DNA of 64,000 bases from positions 1-64,000 of the IMG/VR virus record IMGVR_UViG_2918987250_000001; one strand, written 5' to 3'. The stretch comes from a virus (taxonomy: Duplodnaviria; Caudoviricetes). Positions 51,635-59,944 of the stretch are shown here, piece by piece; within the stretch, counting starts at the first letter, position 1, and each line of letters begins with the position of its first letter. Under the pieces are notes generated by a model that saw nothing but the letters and a program-made list of their open reading frames with translations, made no database searches and had not been told where the DNA came from. The translations under genes were made by a program, and so were the position numbers.

Positions 51635-54600
51635 TCAGACGTAGCCGCAAGTATACCAGTTGCCCCAGGCGTCGCTCATCTGGAGATAGCGCCAGCGGCC
51701 ACCCTTCCACGAGTCCACGATGAACTGGTTCGAGGTCGTGTAGCGGCTGGTAAGCACGCCGCCGCCGTAGGGCTCGGCGAAGCTCTGGTTGATGTTCCAC
51801 TCGTTCGTCAGGTCGCCCGCGTAGGCCAGGCGGATCGACTTGTTGTTGACCACGGCGCGGATGTGTTCGTGGATGTCGCCCATCTGCTGCGACCACAGCG
51901 AGCCGTTCGGCCGGACCGCGAGTGCCACGCTGTCGTTGTCCGAGTTGCGGAACTGGAGCTCCGCGTTGTTGCGGACCAGCATGCCCCAGCGGTAGATGCC
52001 GCCCCACACGAGCTGGACCTCGGGGTGCTCCTTGCCGATGACGAGGTTGCCCGACATCTGGTCACCGGTCTTGGCGACGCGGTTGTTGGCGTTGTTGGTG
52101 ATCGAACCGAGACGGTCCGAAAGCCACCCGCCCCACATCGCGCCGTGGACGTTGCCGTCGGTGGCGAGAATAGCGCTGCCGTCGCCAGCGTAGACGTTGC
52201 CACGCGCGACGACGCCGCCGCCGAGATCGACCCGCATCAGCCAGTTGCCGCCGGTGTAATCCCAAAGGTAGGCGTTCGCGTTCTCGCGAACCTGCCAGCC
52301 GAGCTCCCGCACGCCGGGGTAGAGCATATGGACGGTCGGATACGCCTTCTGAATGGTGAGATCGCCCGTCATCGTGTCGCCGGTCTTCACCAGACGGTTG
52401 GCGAACTCGTTGCGCGCGACAGTCAGGCGATCGTTTGCCCAGTCGCGACCGCGCGCGTCGGCCCACGCATAGGCCCGATCCTCGATGCGGTTGTTCAGAT
52501 CGCCGAACTGCTTGGTCCACAGCGAGCCGTCGGTGCCGAACGAGAAGCGCACGTCGCCGTCATCGCCGTTGCGCAGGACGAGGTAGGCGTCGTTGCGGGC
52601 GGTCATCTGCCAGTGCTGAACGCCGCCATACCAGAGGGAGAGCGACGGCCAGGTGCCAGCCCCGCCCACGCCGCCGTTGCCCTCGATGCGCACGGTGTGA
52701 CCGACGGTCGGGTTGATGCGCGCGGCCTTGGCCCCGAACTGGTCCGACAGGTAGCCGAACATCGGCGTCCAGATGTTGCCGTCGTCGTAGGAGCGCAGAC
52801 TCCAGCCGGCTCCGCTATTCAGGAAGCCGATCGTCCCGCCGTTGTTGTGGACGTAGCGCGTGCCCTCGTCGGTGTCGCGCATCTCGATGTAGGAGTTGGT
52901 CTGCCCCTCGCCCACGACGACGCGGCCTGCGGTGCGCAGGTTGCCCTCGACGTAGATCTGGCCGCCGCTGTGGCTGCGGAACAGCCCATCCGCCTCAAAG
53001 CCCCAATACTTGAACGGATCGGCCGTCGTGCCTGCGCCGACGCGGAACCGCATGTTGTGGGTGTTGAGGTCGGAGTAGACGTAGCCCTGCCCGTTCCCGA
53101 GCAGCACGCCGTTGACGCGCGGCGTGGTGCCCTCGCGCACGACCTTCGTGCCGTTCGCGACAATCTCGGCGCCGGGCATGATGTAGTTGGCGCCGTCGAA
53201 GTAGACGTAGCGGTCGCTACGGCCGGCGAAATAGAGCACACCGGTGCCGTCCCCGCGGTTCGCGCCCAGGTCGCGGAACGTCACGGTGGCGCCGACGGAC
53301 GCCTTGGTGTTCGGGTCGAAGTTGCCCGGATACCAGACGTTCTGCCCGTTGACGCGCGGCACGCCCTTGGTGTCCCAGACGCCGGCGCGGCTGTCGTAGA
53401 AGCCGTTGACCGTGCCGTCGTAGGTCGCGAGCCCGAGGCCATACCAGAGCTGCATCTTGACGTTATGCGCGGTGTAGCTCGCGCCGTCGGCGTTGCCGAT
53501 CATGAACCGATTGGTTCCGTGAGCGCTGGCAAGCCCGATGTCACCCGACGAGCTGATCCCCGGCGCCGAGATGGCGCCCGTGAAGGCCTGGCCGGCGACG
53601 TTCGCCTTGGTGCCGGGGTTGAAGTTGGCCGACGTGTGAATGGTCGCGCCCCCGATGGTCGGGGCGACGTTGAAGTCGTAGCGGTAGCCGTTCTCGGCTG
53701 CGATCGTGACGACGCCGGCCGTGCCCCAGCCGATGTAGCCGTGACGCGTGCCGTCCGCGTGACGGAACTCGACATAGCCGGAGCGCTCCGCGTTGCCCTC
53801 GTTGAGACGCGACAAGCCGGTGCCGGAGTTCTGCGCCGTGAAGCTGCCGATGGCCGAAACCGCGCCCGTGAAGGCCTGACCGGCGACGTTGGCCTTGGTG
53901 TTCGGGTCGAAGTTGCCCCGCGTGAAGACCTCCTGGCCGCGTGCGAAAAACTTGCCCGAGACCGTGGAATATTCCCAGATCGAGCCGGCTAGGCTGTCAT
54001 AGGTGCCGATGCTGCCCGCGTTGGCATACTGGTAGACGTTGCGGTCGGCCAGGACATAACGCCAAGACTGCCTCTCGGCCACCGAGGCGTCCTGCACGAG
54101 AGTCGTGTTGGCGTTGTGCTTCGCGCTCGGGTTGAAGTTCAGGCTCGTCCAGACGCGATACCAGGCACCCCAGACGGCACCCGACTGGTTGCGGACATAG
54201 ATTTCCGGGGTGCCGGCGTTGAGGCGCGTGGCGCGCTGCTGGACGTAACCGTTGTCGCTCTGGTGCCGCTGGACCTCGATGTAATACCAGCTCGCGTCCG
54301 GCGCGTTCACGAGCCCGTTGCCGTCATAGAAGCCGGCCACCTTGACGGTGTCGAGGTCGGTGCCGACCGCGAGGTTCGTCGCGCGGGTGTAGGTGAGCCG
54401 GTCCGAGCGCACCATGCCCGTCGCCGTCACGTCGCCCGAGACCGTGCCGCCCGCCTTGTCGAACTTGGTCGAGAGCGCCGCGTTCACGTCCGAGCGCAGG
54501 CCATCGAGCGCGCCCTGGAGCCCGGCCACGTCGCCGATGGCGATGCCGAGCGCCGCCTTCAGGCCGGCAGCCGTGATCGCGCCGGTGAGGCCCGCGACCG

Positions 54601-55420
54601 AGAGAACGGCGTCGGTCGGCGTCAGCAGCTCCTTCCAGTTGGCGAGCGTCGTCGCCGGCTCGCGCTGGAGGATGAAGCAGCGGTTGAGGTCCGAACGGAT
54701 CGCGATGTCGCCGCGCTCGGCGTCGAGCGCCAGCATTGCGGCCTGGGTCGCGACCGGGAAGGTGTCGGTGATCGCCACAGCCGGGATCGTCGAGGCGTCG
54801 AGCTTGCCGTCGGCGCCGAGCACCGGGAGCTGGCCTGCGGCGTTGCCGGCGTTGCGGGCCGCGGCCGTGCCGAGCTGCGCCTTCGTGGCGCGCGTGTCGA
54901 TGTCGGCCTGGAGCGCGCTGCGGGCGCCGGAGAGGTCGCTCGCCAGCTTGTCGGTCGCGGTCTTCATGTCGGCGCGCACCTGCGCGTCGGCCGCGGCGAA
55001 GTCGGTGCGAACAGCGGTGTCCTTGGCCGCTTCCTCGGTCTTCGTGGCGCGGGTCGCCACATCGGCCGCGAGCGCGTCGATCTGGGTCTTCACCGAGCCA
55101 TCGAGGCCGCCCAGCGCGTCAGCCAGCTCGGTCTTGGTCGCGCGCGTGTTCACGTCGTCCTGGAGCTCGGCCAGGCTCTCGGAGACGGAGCCGCCCATCG
55201 CGCCCAGCGCGTCCTGGAGCTCCTGGTGCGCCGTCGCGCCGATGGCATCGAGCGCCGCCTGGAGCTCGTTCACGTCCTCGATCTGGAGGACCGTGCGCAG
55301 CCACACGAGGATGTCGCCGACGCTGATGCGCACGTCGCCGTCGTTCTGGACCGCAGCCCAGAAGTCCTCCGACCCGAGCGCAACGACCGGGTTCTCTTCA
55401 CTCGCCTTGCGATATGCCAC
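51635..55420 (-). CDS. Tail fibre / receptor-binding protein
   Basis: 1261 aa; coiled-coil N-terminus, repeated NF(D/N)P..KA and KTGD.M.G.L modules, WG.W knob motifs. Confidence 0.88.
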   Translation of the reverse strand: MAYRKASEENPVVALGSEDFWAAVQNDGDVRISVGDILVWLRTVLQIEDVNELQAALDAIGATAHQELQDALGAMGGSVSESLAELQDDVNTRATKTELADALGGLDGSVKTQIDALAADVATRATKTEEAAKDTAVRTDFAAADAQVRADMKTATDKLASDLSGARSALQADIDTRATKAQLGTAAARNAGNAAGQLPVLGADGKLDASTIPAVAITDTFPVATQAAMLALDAERGDIAIRSDLNRCFILQREPATTLANWKELLTPTDAVLSVAGLTGAITAAGLKAALGIAIGDVAGLQGALDGLRSDVNAALSTKFDKAGGTVSGDVTATGMVRSDRLTYTRATNLAVGTDLDTVKVAGFYDGNGLVNAPDASWYYIEVQRHQSDNGYVQQRATRLNAGTPEIYVRNQSGAVWGAWYRVWTSLNFNPSAKHNANTTLVQDASVAERQSWRYVLADRNVYQYANAGSIGTYDSLAGSIWEYSTVSGKFFARGQEVFTRGNFDPNTKANVAGQAFTGAVSAIGSFTAQNSGTGLSRLNEGNAERSGYVEFRHADGTRHGYIGWGTAGVVTIAAENGYRYDFNVAPTIGGATIHTSANFNPGTKANVAGQAFTGAISAPGISSSGDIGLASAHGTNRFMIGNADGASYTAHNVKMQLWYGLGLATYDGTVNGFYDSRAGVWDTKGVPRVNGQNVWYPGNFDPNTKASVGATVTFRDLGANRGDGTGVLYFAGRSDRYVYFDGANYIMPGAEIVANGTKVVREGTTPRVNGVLLGNGQGYVYSDLNTHNMRFRVGAGTTADPFKYWGFEADGLFRSHSGGQIYVEGNLRTAGRVVVGEGQTNSYIEMRDTDEGTRYVHNNGGTIGFLNSGAGWSLRSYDDGNIWTPMFGYLSDQFGAKAARINPTVGHTVRIEGNGGVGGAGTWPSLSLWYGGVQHWQMTARNDAYLVLRNGDDGDVRFSFGTDGSLWTKQFGDLNNRIEDRAYAWADARGRDWANDRLTVARNEFANRLVKTGDTMTGDLTIQKAYPTVHMLYPGVRELGWQVRENANAYLWDYTGGNWLMRVDLGGGVVARGNVYAGDGSAILATDGNVHGAMWGGWLSDRLGSITNNANNRVAKTGDQMSGNLVIGKEHPEVQLVWGGIYRWGMLVRNNAELQFRNSDNDSVALAVRPNGSLWSQQMGDIHEHIRAVVNNKSIRLAYAGDLTNEWNINQSFAEPYGGGVLTSRYTTSNQFIVDSWKGGRWRYLQMSDAWGNWYTCGYV

Positions 55421-55445
55421 CGCTCTTGTTCCTTTGTGTCGGGGT

Positions 55446-56318
55446 CTAGTTCACGTCGCGTTCGGTCTGCCGAACGTCGCCGCTCTGGGTCTCGCGGATG
55501 TCATCGGACTGGGTGCGCCGGTAGGTGATCGGCGGCTCCATGGTCGCGCTCACGATGGCGAGGCTCGAGGCCGTGCCGGTGAGCTGCTTGCGGATGCGCT
55601 CGTCGCCGGTCATGAGGCCCTGGCCGCTCGTCGCGGCGACCAGGAGCTTCGCGACGGTGAGTGCCCCGGCCGGTGCGCTCAGAGCGTGCGCAGAGCCCGT
55701 GAGCTGCTTTTCGGTGAGCAGGGTCGCGAGCGTGTGCGCGGACCCGTCTGAGAGCGCTCCCAGCAGCTTCTCGGTGCGCATCGTCGCGACAGCAGCAGCA
55801 TGCCCGGCAGCGCGCGTCACGAACAGCTTCTCGATCAGCGGGTTCGCCGCGACCGATGCGTAGCCATGCACGGTCGGAGCGCCGAGGATCTTCTCGACGG
55901 TGAGACGCACGTCGGCCGACGGGATACCGCGGGCGGTCGCCGTCAGCTCCTTGGCGATGTGAATGGTTGCGGCGCCCTCGGCCTGGCCTGCCGCCCAAGT
56001 GCGCAGGTTCTTGCGCACGAGGAGCTGGCTCGCGACCGTGGACTTGCCCGTCATCACGCCGTCGAAGACGCGCGGGCTCATCTCGGCGTAGACGTGCGCG
56101 GAGCCGCGCGCCGTCTCGCCCTTGAGGATCTTCTCGACCCGCAGGCGCAGGTCGAAGCGAGGGGCGCCACCGGCGCGGCCCTCGAGCATGTCGAAGCGCT
56201 TCTCGACGAGAAGGCGCCCCCTCGCCTCGCAGTAGCCCAGGGCGGCGCCGGACAGCGCAAAGCGACTGCCGTTGAACCGGCGCGCCGCAATTCCCTGGAA
56301 GCTGGAGGCGAGCATCAT
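55446..56318 (-). CDS. Virion protein with about 25-aa repeats
   Basis: Repeated (V/T/I)EK.L...A.G units; tail module context. Confidence 0.6.
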   Translation of the reverse strand: MMLASSFQGIAARRFNGSRFALSGAALGYCEARGRLLVEKRFDMLEGRAGGAPRFDLRLRVEKILKGETARGSAHVYAEMSPRVFDGVMTGKSTVASQLLVRKNLRTWAAGQAEGAATIHIAKELTATARGIPSADVRLTVEKILGAPTVHGYASVAANPLIEKLFVTRAAGHAAAVATMRTEKLLGALSDGSAHTLATLLTEKQLTGSAHALSAPAGALTVAKLLVAATSGQGLMTGDERIRKQLTGTASSLAIVSATMEPPITYRRTQSDDIRETQSGDVRQTERDVN

Positions 56319-56330
56319 CAGGCCGAAGGC

Positions 56331-56738
56331 TTAGTCTTCGGTGATCGAGAGGGAGCCGACCGGGAAGCTCACCGGGTTCGTGGTGTTGATGGTCTGCGTG
56401 CCACCCGTGAGCGGGCTCGTGTAGAGCAGGTTGCCGCCGTCCTGCTGCGAGAACAGGGCGAAGTGGGTGACGTTGGTGCCGCCCTTCGAGTTGCCGAAGT
56501 CCACGATCGCCGAGTTGGAGATCGTCTTGTTGGCGATGGCGCCGAAGGTGGCCTGCACGCGGCCGGCGTCGCGGATCGACTTCGTGACCTCAGTGCCGCC
56601 CGAGGCGTCGTCCAGCGGGTCGCCGTTCCAGAGGGCGACAAAGACGCCGCCGGGCGCGGCCGGGAAGGCGACGCCCTTGACGTAGTTCAGCAGTGCATTT
56701 TCGAGAAAGGCGCTCTTGCCGGCCATCGAGTTCTCCAT
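56331..56738 (-). CDS. Tail-associated structural protein
   Basis: SAFLENALLN, VALW.GDP, THFAL....GGNLL, FPVGSLSITED. Confidence 0.7.
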   Translation of the reverse strand: MENSMAGKSAFLENALLNYVKGVAFPAAPGGVFVALWNGDPLDDASGGTEVTKSIRDAGRVQATFGAIANKTISNSAIVDFGNSKGGTNVTHFALFSQQDGGNLLYTSPLTGGTQTINTTNPVSFPVGSLSITED

Positions 56739-56793
56739 TGAGCCGGCGATGGCCGGCGATGCGCAGGGTTGGACTGCGCACCAGGATACTCGC

Positions 56794-57147
56794 TCAGGCG
56801 AGATAAGTCAGCACTGACTTACCGAAGGGGCGATAAAGAAACCACCACGCGGCCAGGTAGACGAGCACCGAGGCAATCGTGGGCGTGATCCACTGCCAGC
56901 GGTTCGAGCCGGACCAGGCGAAGAAGAGCGCGGTGCCGAGCCAGGCCAGGAAGGGGTTCCAGCCCCGGCGCTTCAGGTCGTGCTCCCGCTGCCCGGCCTC
57001 CCGGCCGTAGAAGAAGGCGGAGACGATGACGGCGCCGACCAGCGTGCCGTTGAGCTCGAACAGCGGGTAGAGACCGAGTCCGAGGAGCGCGGTGTAGAGG
57101 GCCGCGAGCAGAAAGTGGGTGATGAGAGGGAACTTCAGAAGAAACAT
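56794..57147 (-). CDS. Membrane protein
   Basis: Four hydrophobic segments, FFYGRE motif. Confidence 0.7.
   Translation of the reverse strand: MFLLKFPLITHFLLAALYTALLGLGLYPLFELNGTLVGAVIVSAFFYGREAGQREHDLKRRGWNPFLAWLGTALFFAWSGSNRWQWITPTIASVLVYLAAWWFLYRPFGKSVLTYLA
56804..56821. promoter_or_regulatory. 18-bp palindromic site (gene 3' end)
   Basis: TAAGTCAGCACTGACTTA. Confidence 0.85.
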
Positions 57148-57252
57148 GGTTTAGCTCCGGGAGTGAAATCCAAGTCCATCGCGCTGTATATAGAATATAT
57201 CTTATAGATATACTTACTACATACAGGCCGATGGCGTTCTACGTCCGGCTCC

Positions 57253-57570
57253 TCACTGAGGCGTCCGGGCGAAATTTGCGCGCACATCTTCGATCCAGGA
57301 CACGGCCCGGTCCCCGCACTGGGTCTTCGCCCGGTCCAGGATCTTGGCCTCCCCGATGATCCGCTTCACGTCGGCGCGGGTGAGCGCCCGGTCGGGGATC
57401 TCGGGGAAGGCCCGGTGCAGGCATTCGGCGACGCCCTCGGGCGCGGCCGGCAGCGTGACGCGGAAGGTGGGGCCGAACGGATCGACCGCGGCCGGTCCGT
57501 TAGAGGTTACGCAGGCGGCGAGCGTCGTCGCCATCAAGGCACTCGCGAGCGCCATCCTTACCCTGTTCAT
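57253..57570 (-). CDS. o-spanin-like lipoprotein
   Basis: Lipobox TLAAC; overlaps end of i-spanin gene. Confidence 0.75.
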   Translation of the reverse strand: MNRVRMALASALMATTLAACVTSNGPAAVDPFGPTFRVTLPAAPEGVAECLHRAFPEIPDRALTRADVKRIIGEAKILDRAKTQCGDRAVSWIEDVRANFARTPQ

Positions 57571-57940
57571 CGAGCATCCTCTTCAGCTTGGCGTTGTCGG
57601 CACGCTCACGCGCGAGGTCGCGGGTGAGGCGATCGGCCTGGGAGCGGTCGATCTTGTCGGAGCGGGCCTGGCGCTGATCCTCGGCGCTCTGAGCCCGGCT
57701 TGCGGCGAGCTCGGTGGCTTCGCGCGCACCCTGGATGTGCCCGGACCCAAAGGAAGCGCCGGCCACGATGAGCAAGGAGCCGAGCGCGATCAGACCGCGC
57801 CTGGCGAAGTTCGGGAGGAAGGCGAGGCCACCGAAGGCCAGCGCGATGAAGCCGAGCCCGGTGAGCACGGCGAGCATGGCCGGCGGCGAGAACGCCGCCC
57901 AGGCGTTGACCAGGCCGGGGAGACCGAAGCGATCGAGCAT
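57500..57940 (-). CDS. i-spanin-like protein
   Basis: N-terminal TM plus coiled coil; directly after lysozyme. Confidence 0.7.
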   Translation of the reverse strand: MLDRFGLPGLVNAWAAFSPPAMLAVLTGLGFIALAFGGLAFLPNFARRGLIALGSLLIVAGASFGSGHIQGAREATELAASRAQSAEDQRQARSDKIDRSQADRLTRDLARERADNAKLKRMLDEQGKDGARECLDGDDARRLRNL

Positions 57941-58443
57941 CACTTCAGGCCCTCGAGGCACTTGGCCCGCTCACGCTCGCGACGCAGCGTCAGGCCGCGG
58001 ACCGGCTGCATCTTGCCGTTCACGCGGGCCTTGTTCCACATCAGGATCGCGTCGCAGGCGCCCTTGTAGTCGCCCGCGTTGTAGCGGCGCACGATGGTGG
58101 AGCCGCAGAACCCGCCCGAGCCGATGTTGTAGGCGGTGCCGGTGAAGGCCACGAGCGTCAGATCGCTCATGGGCTTCTTCACGCACTGCTCGACCTTGCC
58201 TGCGAACTCGTCGAGGCGCTTGAGAAGCAGCTCGTCGCACTGGGCCTTGGTGTAGGTCTGACCCATCTTGGCGTTCTGGGTCTCGCCGTAGCAGTAGGTC
58301 GGGACGCCGACGATGTCCTTGTAGGTCTTCAGGCGAAGGCCCTCGTCCTGCCCGACATCCTTGACGGCCATGGTGCCGGCGACGGTGGCCGCGAGAACGA
58401 CCGCGCCGAAGAAGCCCCGCTTCTTGGTGACGAGGCGGCTCAC
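57940..58443 (-). CDS. GH24 lysozyme endolysin (SAR-like N-terminus)
   Basis: EGLRL..YKDIVGVPT.CYG catalytic E-D-T; GL..RRE.E. Confidence 0.92.
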   Translation of the reverse strand: MSRLVTKKRGFFGAVVLAATVAGTMAVKDVGQDEGLRLKTYKDIVGVPTYCYGETQNAKMGQTYTKAQCDELLLKRLDEFAGKVEQCVKKPMSDLTLVAFTGTAYNIGSGGFCGSTIVRRYNAGDYKGACDAILMWNKARVNGKMQPVRGLTLRRERERAKCLEGLK

Positions 58444-58685
58444 GACTGGGCCTCCTCATCCTTGGCCGGGATGCCGTCCAGCTCGTGCTGCTTCACGAGG
58501 CGAACCCACATCGACAGGGCCGTGAGCACGACGCCGATGACGGCGAAGTGGACGGGGTCGATCGGCGGCTTGCCGGCCAGCGTGTTGAAACCGACCTCGA
58601 GGCCGGCGAGCGCGACGCTCAGCGCATCGATGCGGATCGACCAAGCCCGCTTGAGGATCTTCTTCCAGTCGGGGTGCAGCTTCAT
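58440..58685 (-). CDS. Putative holin
   Basis: W....K.AWS, two TMs, RLVKQ; immediately before endolysin. Confidence 0.7.
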   Translation of the reverse strand: MKLHPDWKKILKRAWSIRIDALSVALAGLEVGFNTLAGKPPIDPVHFAVIGVVLTALSMWVRLVKQHELDGIPAKDEEAQS

Positions 58686-58700
58686 CGTGTTCTCTCCTGA

Positions 58701-58718
58701 TGAGTCAGCGCTGACTTA
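58701..58718. promoter_or_regulatory. 18-bp palindromic site
   Basis: TGAGTCAGCGCTGACTTA. Confidence 0.85.
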
Positions 58719-59066
58719 CTACGGCACCCAGAACTTGAAGATGCCGATGGCCGTGGAGACCATTCCGAGGACGCCGCCGATCAGGGCGCCGAGGCCGGCG
58801 ATGGCCGTCCAGCCGCCGCGGTAGCGGACGACCAGACCCTTAAGCTCGGCGATCTCGTTCTTGGCCGTGGTGAGTTCGGTCTTGGTCTTCTCGAGTTCGC
58901 CCTGCGTGCTGGCGAGCTTGAAGGAGGTCTCGACGAGCTGGAGCTTCACATCGACAAGCTCGCCGTTGACGGCCTTGATTTCATTGCGCGCCTCGGTGAC
59001 GGAGGCGACGAGGATTTCCATCCGGGCGATCAGGCCGGCGAGATGGGCGTTGGGGTCGGCCGGCAT
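58719..59066 (-). CDS. Coiled-coil + C-terminal TM lysis-module protein (holin/antiholin-like)
   Basis: Heptad region then one TM. Confidence 0.6.
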   Translation of the reverse strand: MPADPNAHLAGLIARMEILVASVTEARNEIKAVNGELVDVKLQLVETSFKLASTQGELEKTKTELTTAKNEIAELKGLVVRYRGGWTAIAGLGALIGGVLGMVSTAIGIFKFWVP

Positions 59067-59084
59067 GGTTGTCTCCCGAGGAGA

Positions 59085-59102
59085 TAAGTCAGTGATGACT
59101 TA
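59085..59102. promoter_or_regulatory. 18-bp palindromic site
   Basis: TAAGTCAGTGATGACTTA. Confidence 0.85.
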
Positions 59103-59135
59103 TTATTGCACGGGAACCACGAGCGGCGAAACCCG

Positions 59136-59495
59136 TTACGCGGGCCACGGCACTCCGTGATGTTCGAGGATCTGCTTCATCTCGACATGGCTCTTGGCGC
59201 CGTCGATGGCGAGATTGACCCGCTGGCGCTCGAGTTCGATCGTCAGGGCGAGCGCGTCCGAGGCCTCGACGATGGTCCGCGCCAGCCAGTAGGGCGCCAC
59301 ACCCCGCAGATCGGCCTCGGCGACGATGTAGGCCGACTCCTCCTCACGCAGCACCTTGTGCGCCTCGACCAGCTTCAGGGCGTCGGTGCGCGCGAGCGCG
59401 CTGTGCCGGGCCGCGTCCTGCTGGCCGGCGAAGTGCTCGATCGCGCTGGCGCGGGCGGCGAGCTTCAGGGCGTTGAGCGAGCGTCCGAAAATCAT
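59136..59495 (-). CDS. Tail-module hypothetical protein
   Basis: 119 aa, coupled. Confidence 0.65.
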   Translation of the reverse strand: MIFGRSLNALKLAARASAIEHFAGQQDAARHSALARTDALKLVEAHKVLREEESAYIVAEADLRGVAPYWLARTIVEASDALALTIELERQRVNLAIDGAKSHVEMKQILEHHGVPWPA

Positions 59496-59929
59496 GCCGT
59501 CACCGTGAGCGTGAGCGTTGCGGGCAGGTAGGGGAAGGGCTCGCAGGTGAGCGTGTAGTCGCCCGGCGAGGTGAACCCGACGACGAGATCCCCGCCCTCG
59601 TGCTCGTGGGAGCCGCTCTCAGGCCCCTCGTAGGTGATCGTGCAAGCCGGGAGCCCCGGAAGGGTCGCTTCGGTCTCCACGGGCACGCTGGCCGGCCCGA
59701 AGACCCCGTCGAACACAGGACGCTTCGTGACGATGGGCTCGCCCGAGCTCGTGTCCACGTAGTCGAGCATGCGGTCGGCGTCGGCGAAGAGGACGGACTG
59801 CCCCTTCGGGCAGTTCTCCTCGCTCGCCTTCCAGCCCTGAATGCCGGTGCCGTGGATCCGACCCTGCGCGTCGTAGAACGCGAAGGGCCGGAGTTCGAGG
59901 TAGCCGGGGTGGATGTCGTGCTTAGTCAT
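59492..59929 (-). CDS. Tail-module hypothetical protein
   Basis: 145 aa directly after tail-tip gene. Confidence 0.65.
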   Translation of the reverse strand: MTKHDIHPGYLELRPFAFYDAQGRIHGTGIQGWKASEENCPKGQSVLFADADRMLDYVDTSSGEPIVTKRPVFDGVFGPASVPVETEATLPGLPACTITYEGPESGSHEHEGGDLVVGFTSPGDYTLTCEPFPYLPATLTLTVTA

Positions 59930-59944
59930 GTCAGCGCTGACTTA
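59927..59944. promoter_or_regulatory. 18-bp palindromic site spanning a stop-to-start gap
   Basis: CATGTCAGCGCTGACTTA. Confidence 0.75.

Noticed and set aside
51635-54200. WGAW/WGGW/WGNW in the tail fibre as copies of the C-terminal tag
   Set aside because: Not terminal, lack the NP and S/T positions, and are common fibre knob motifs.
55680-55805. A third intragenic CC/GG-free island
   Set aside because: Depletion is only partial (several CCC/GGG remain), so it is not supportable by eye.
3591-59944. 18-bp palindrome as an SOS box
   Set aside because: Matches neither the alphaproteobacterial GTTC-N7-GTTC nor the E. coli CTGT-N8-ACAG pattern.
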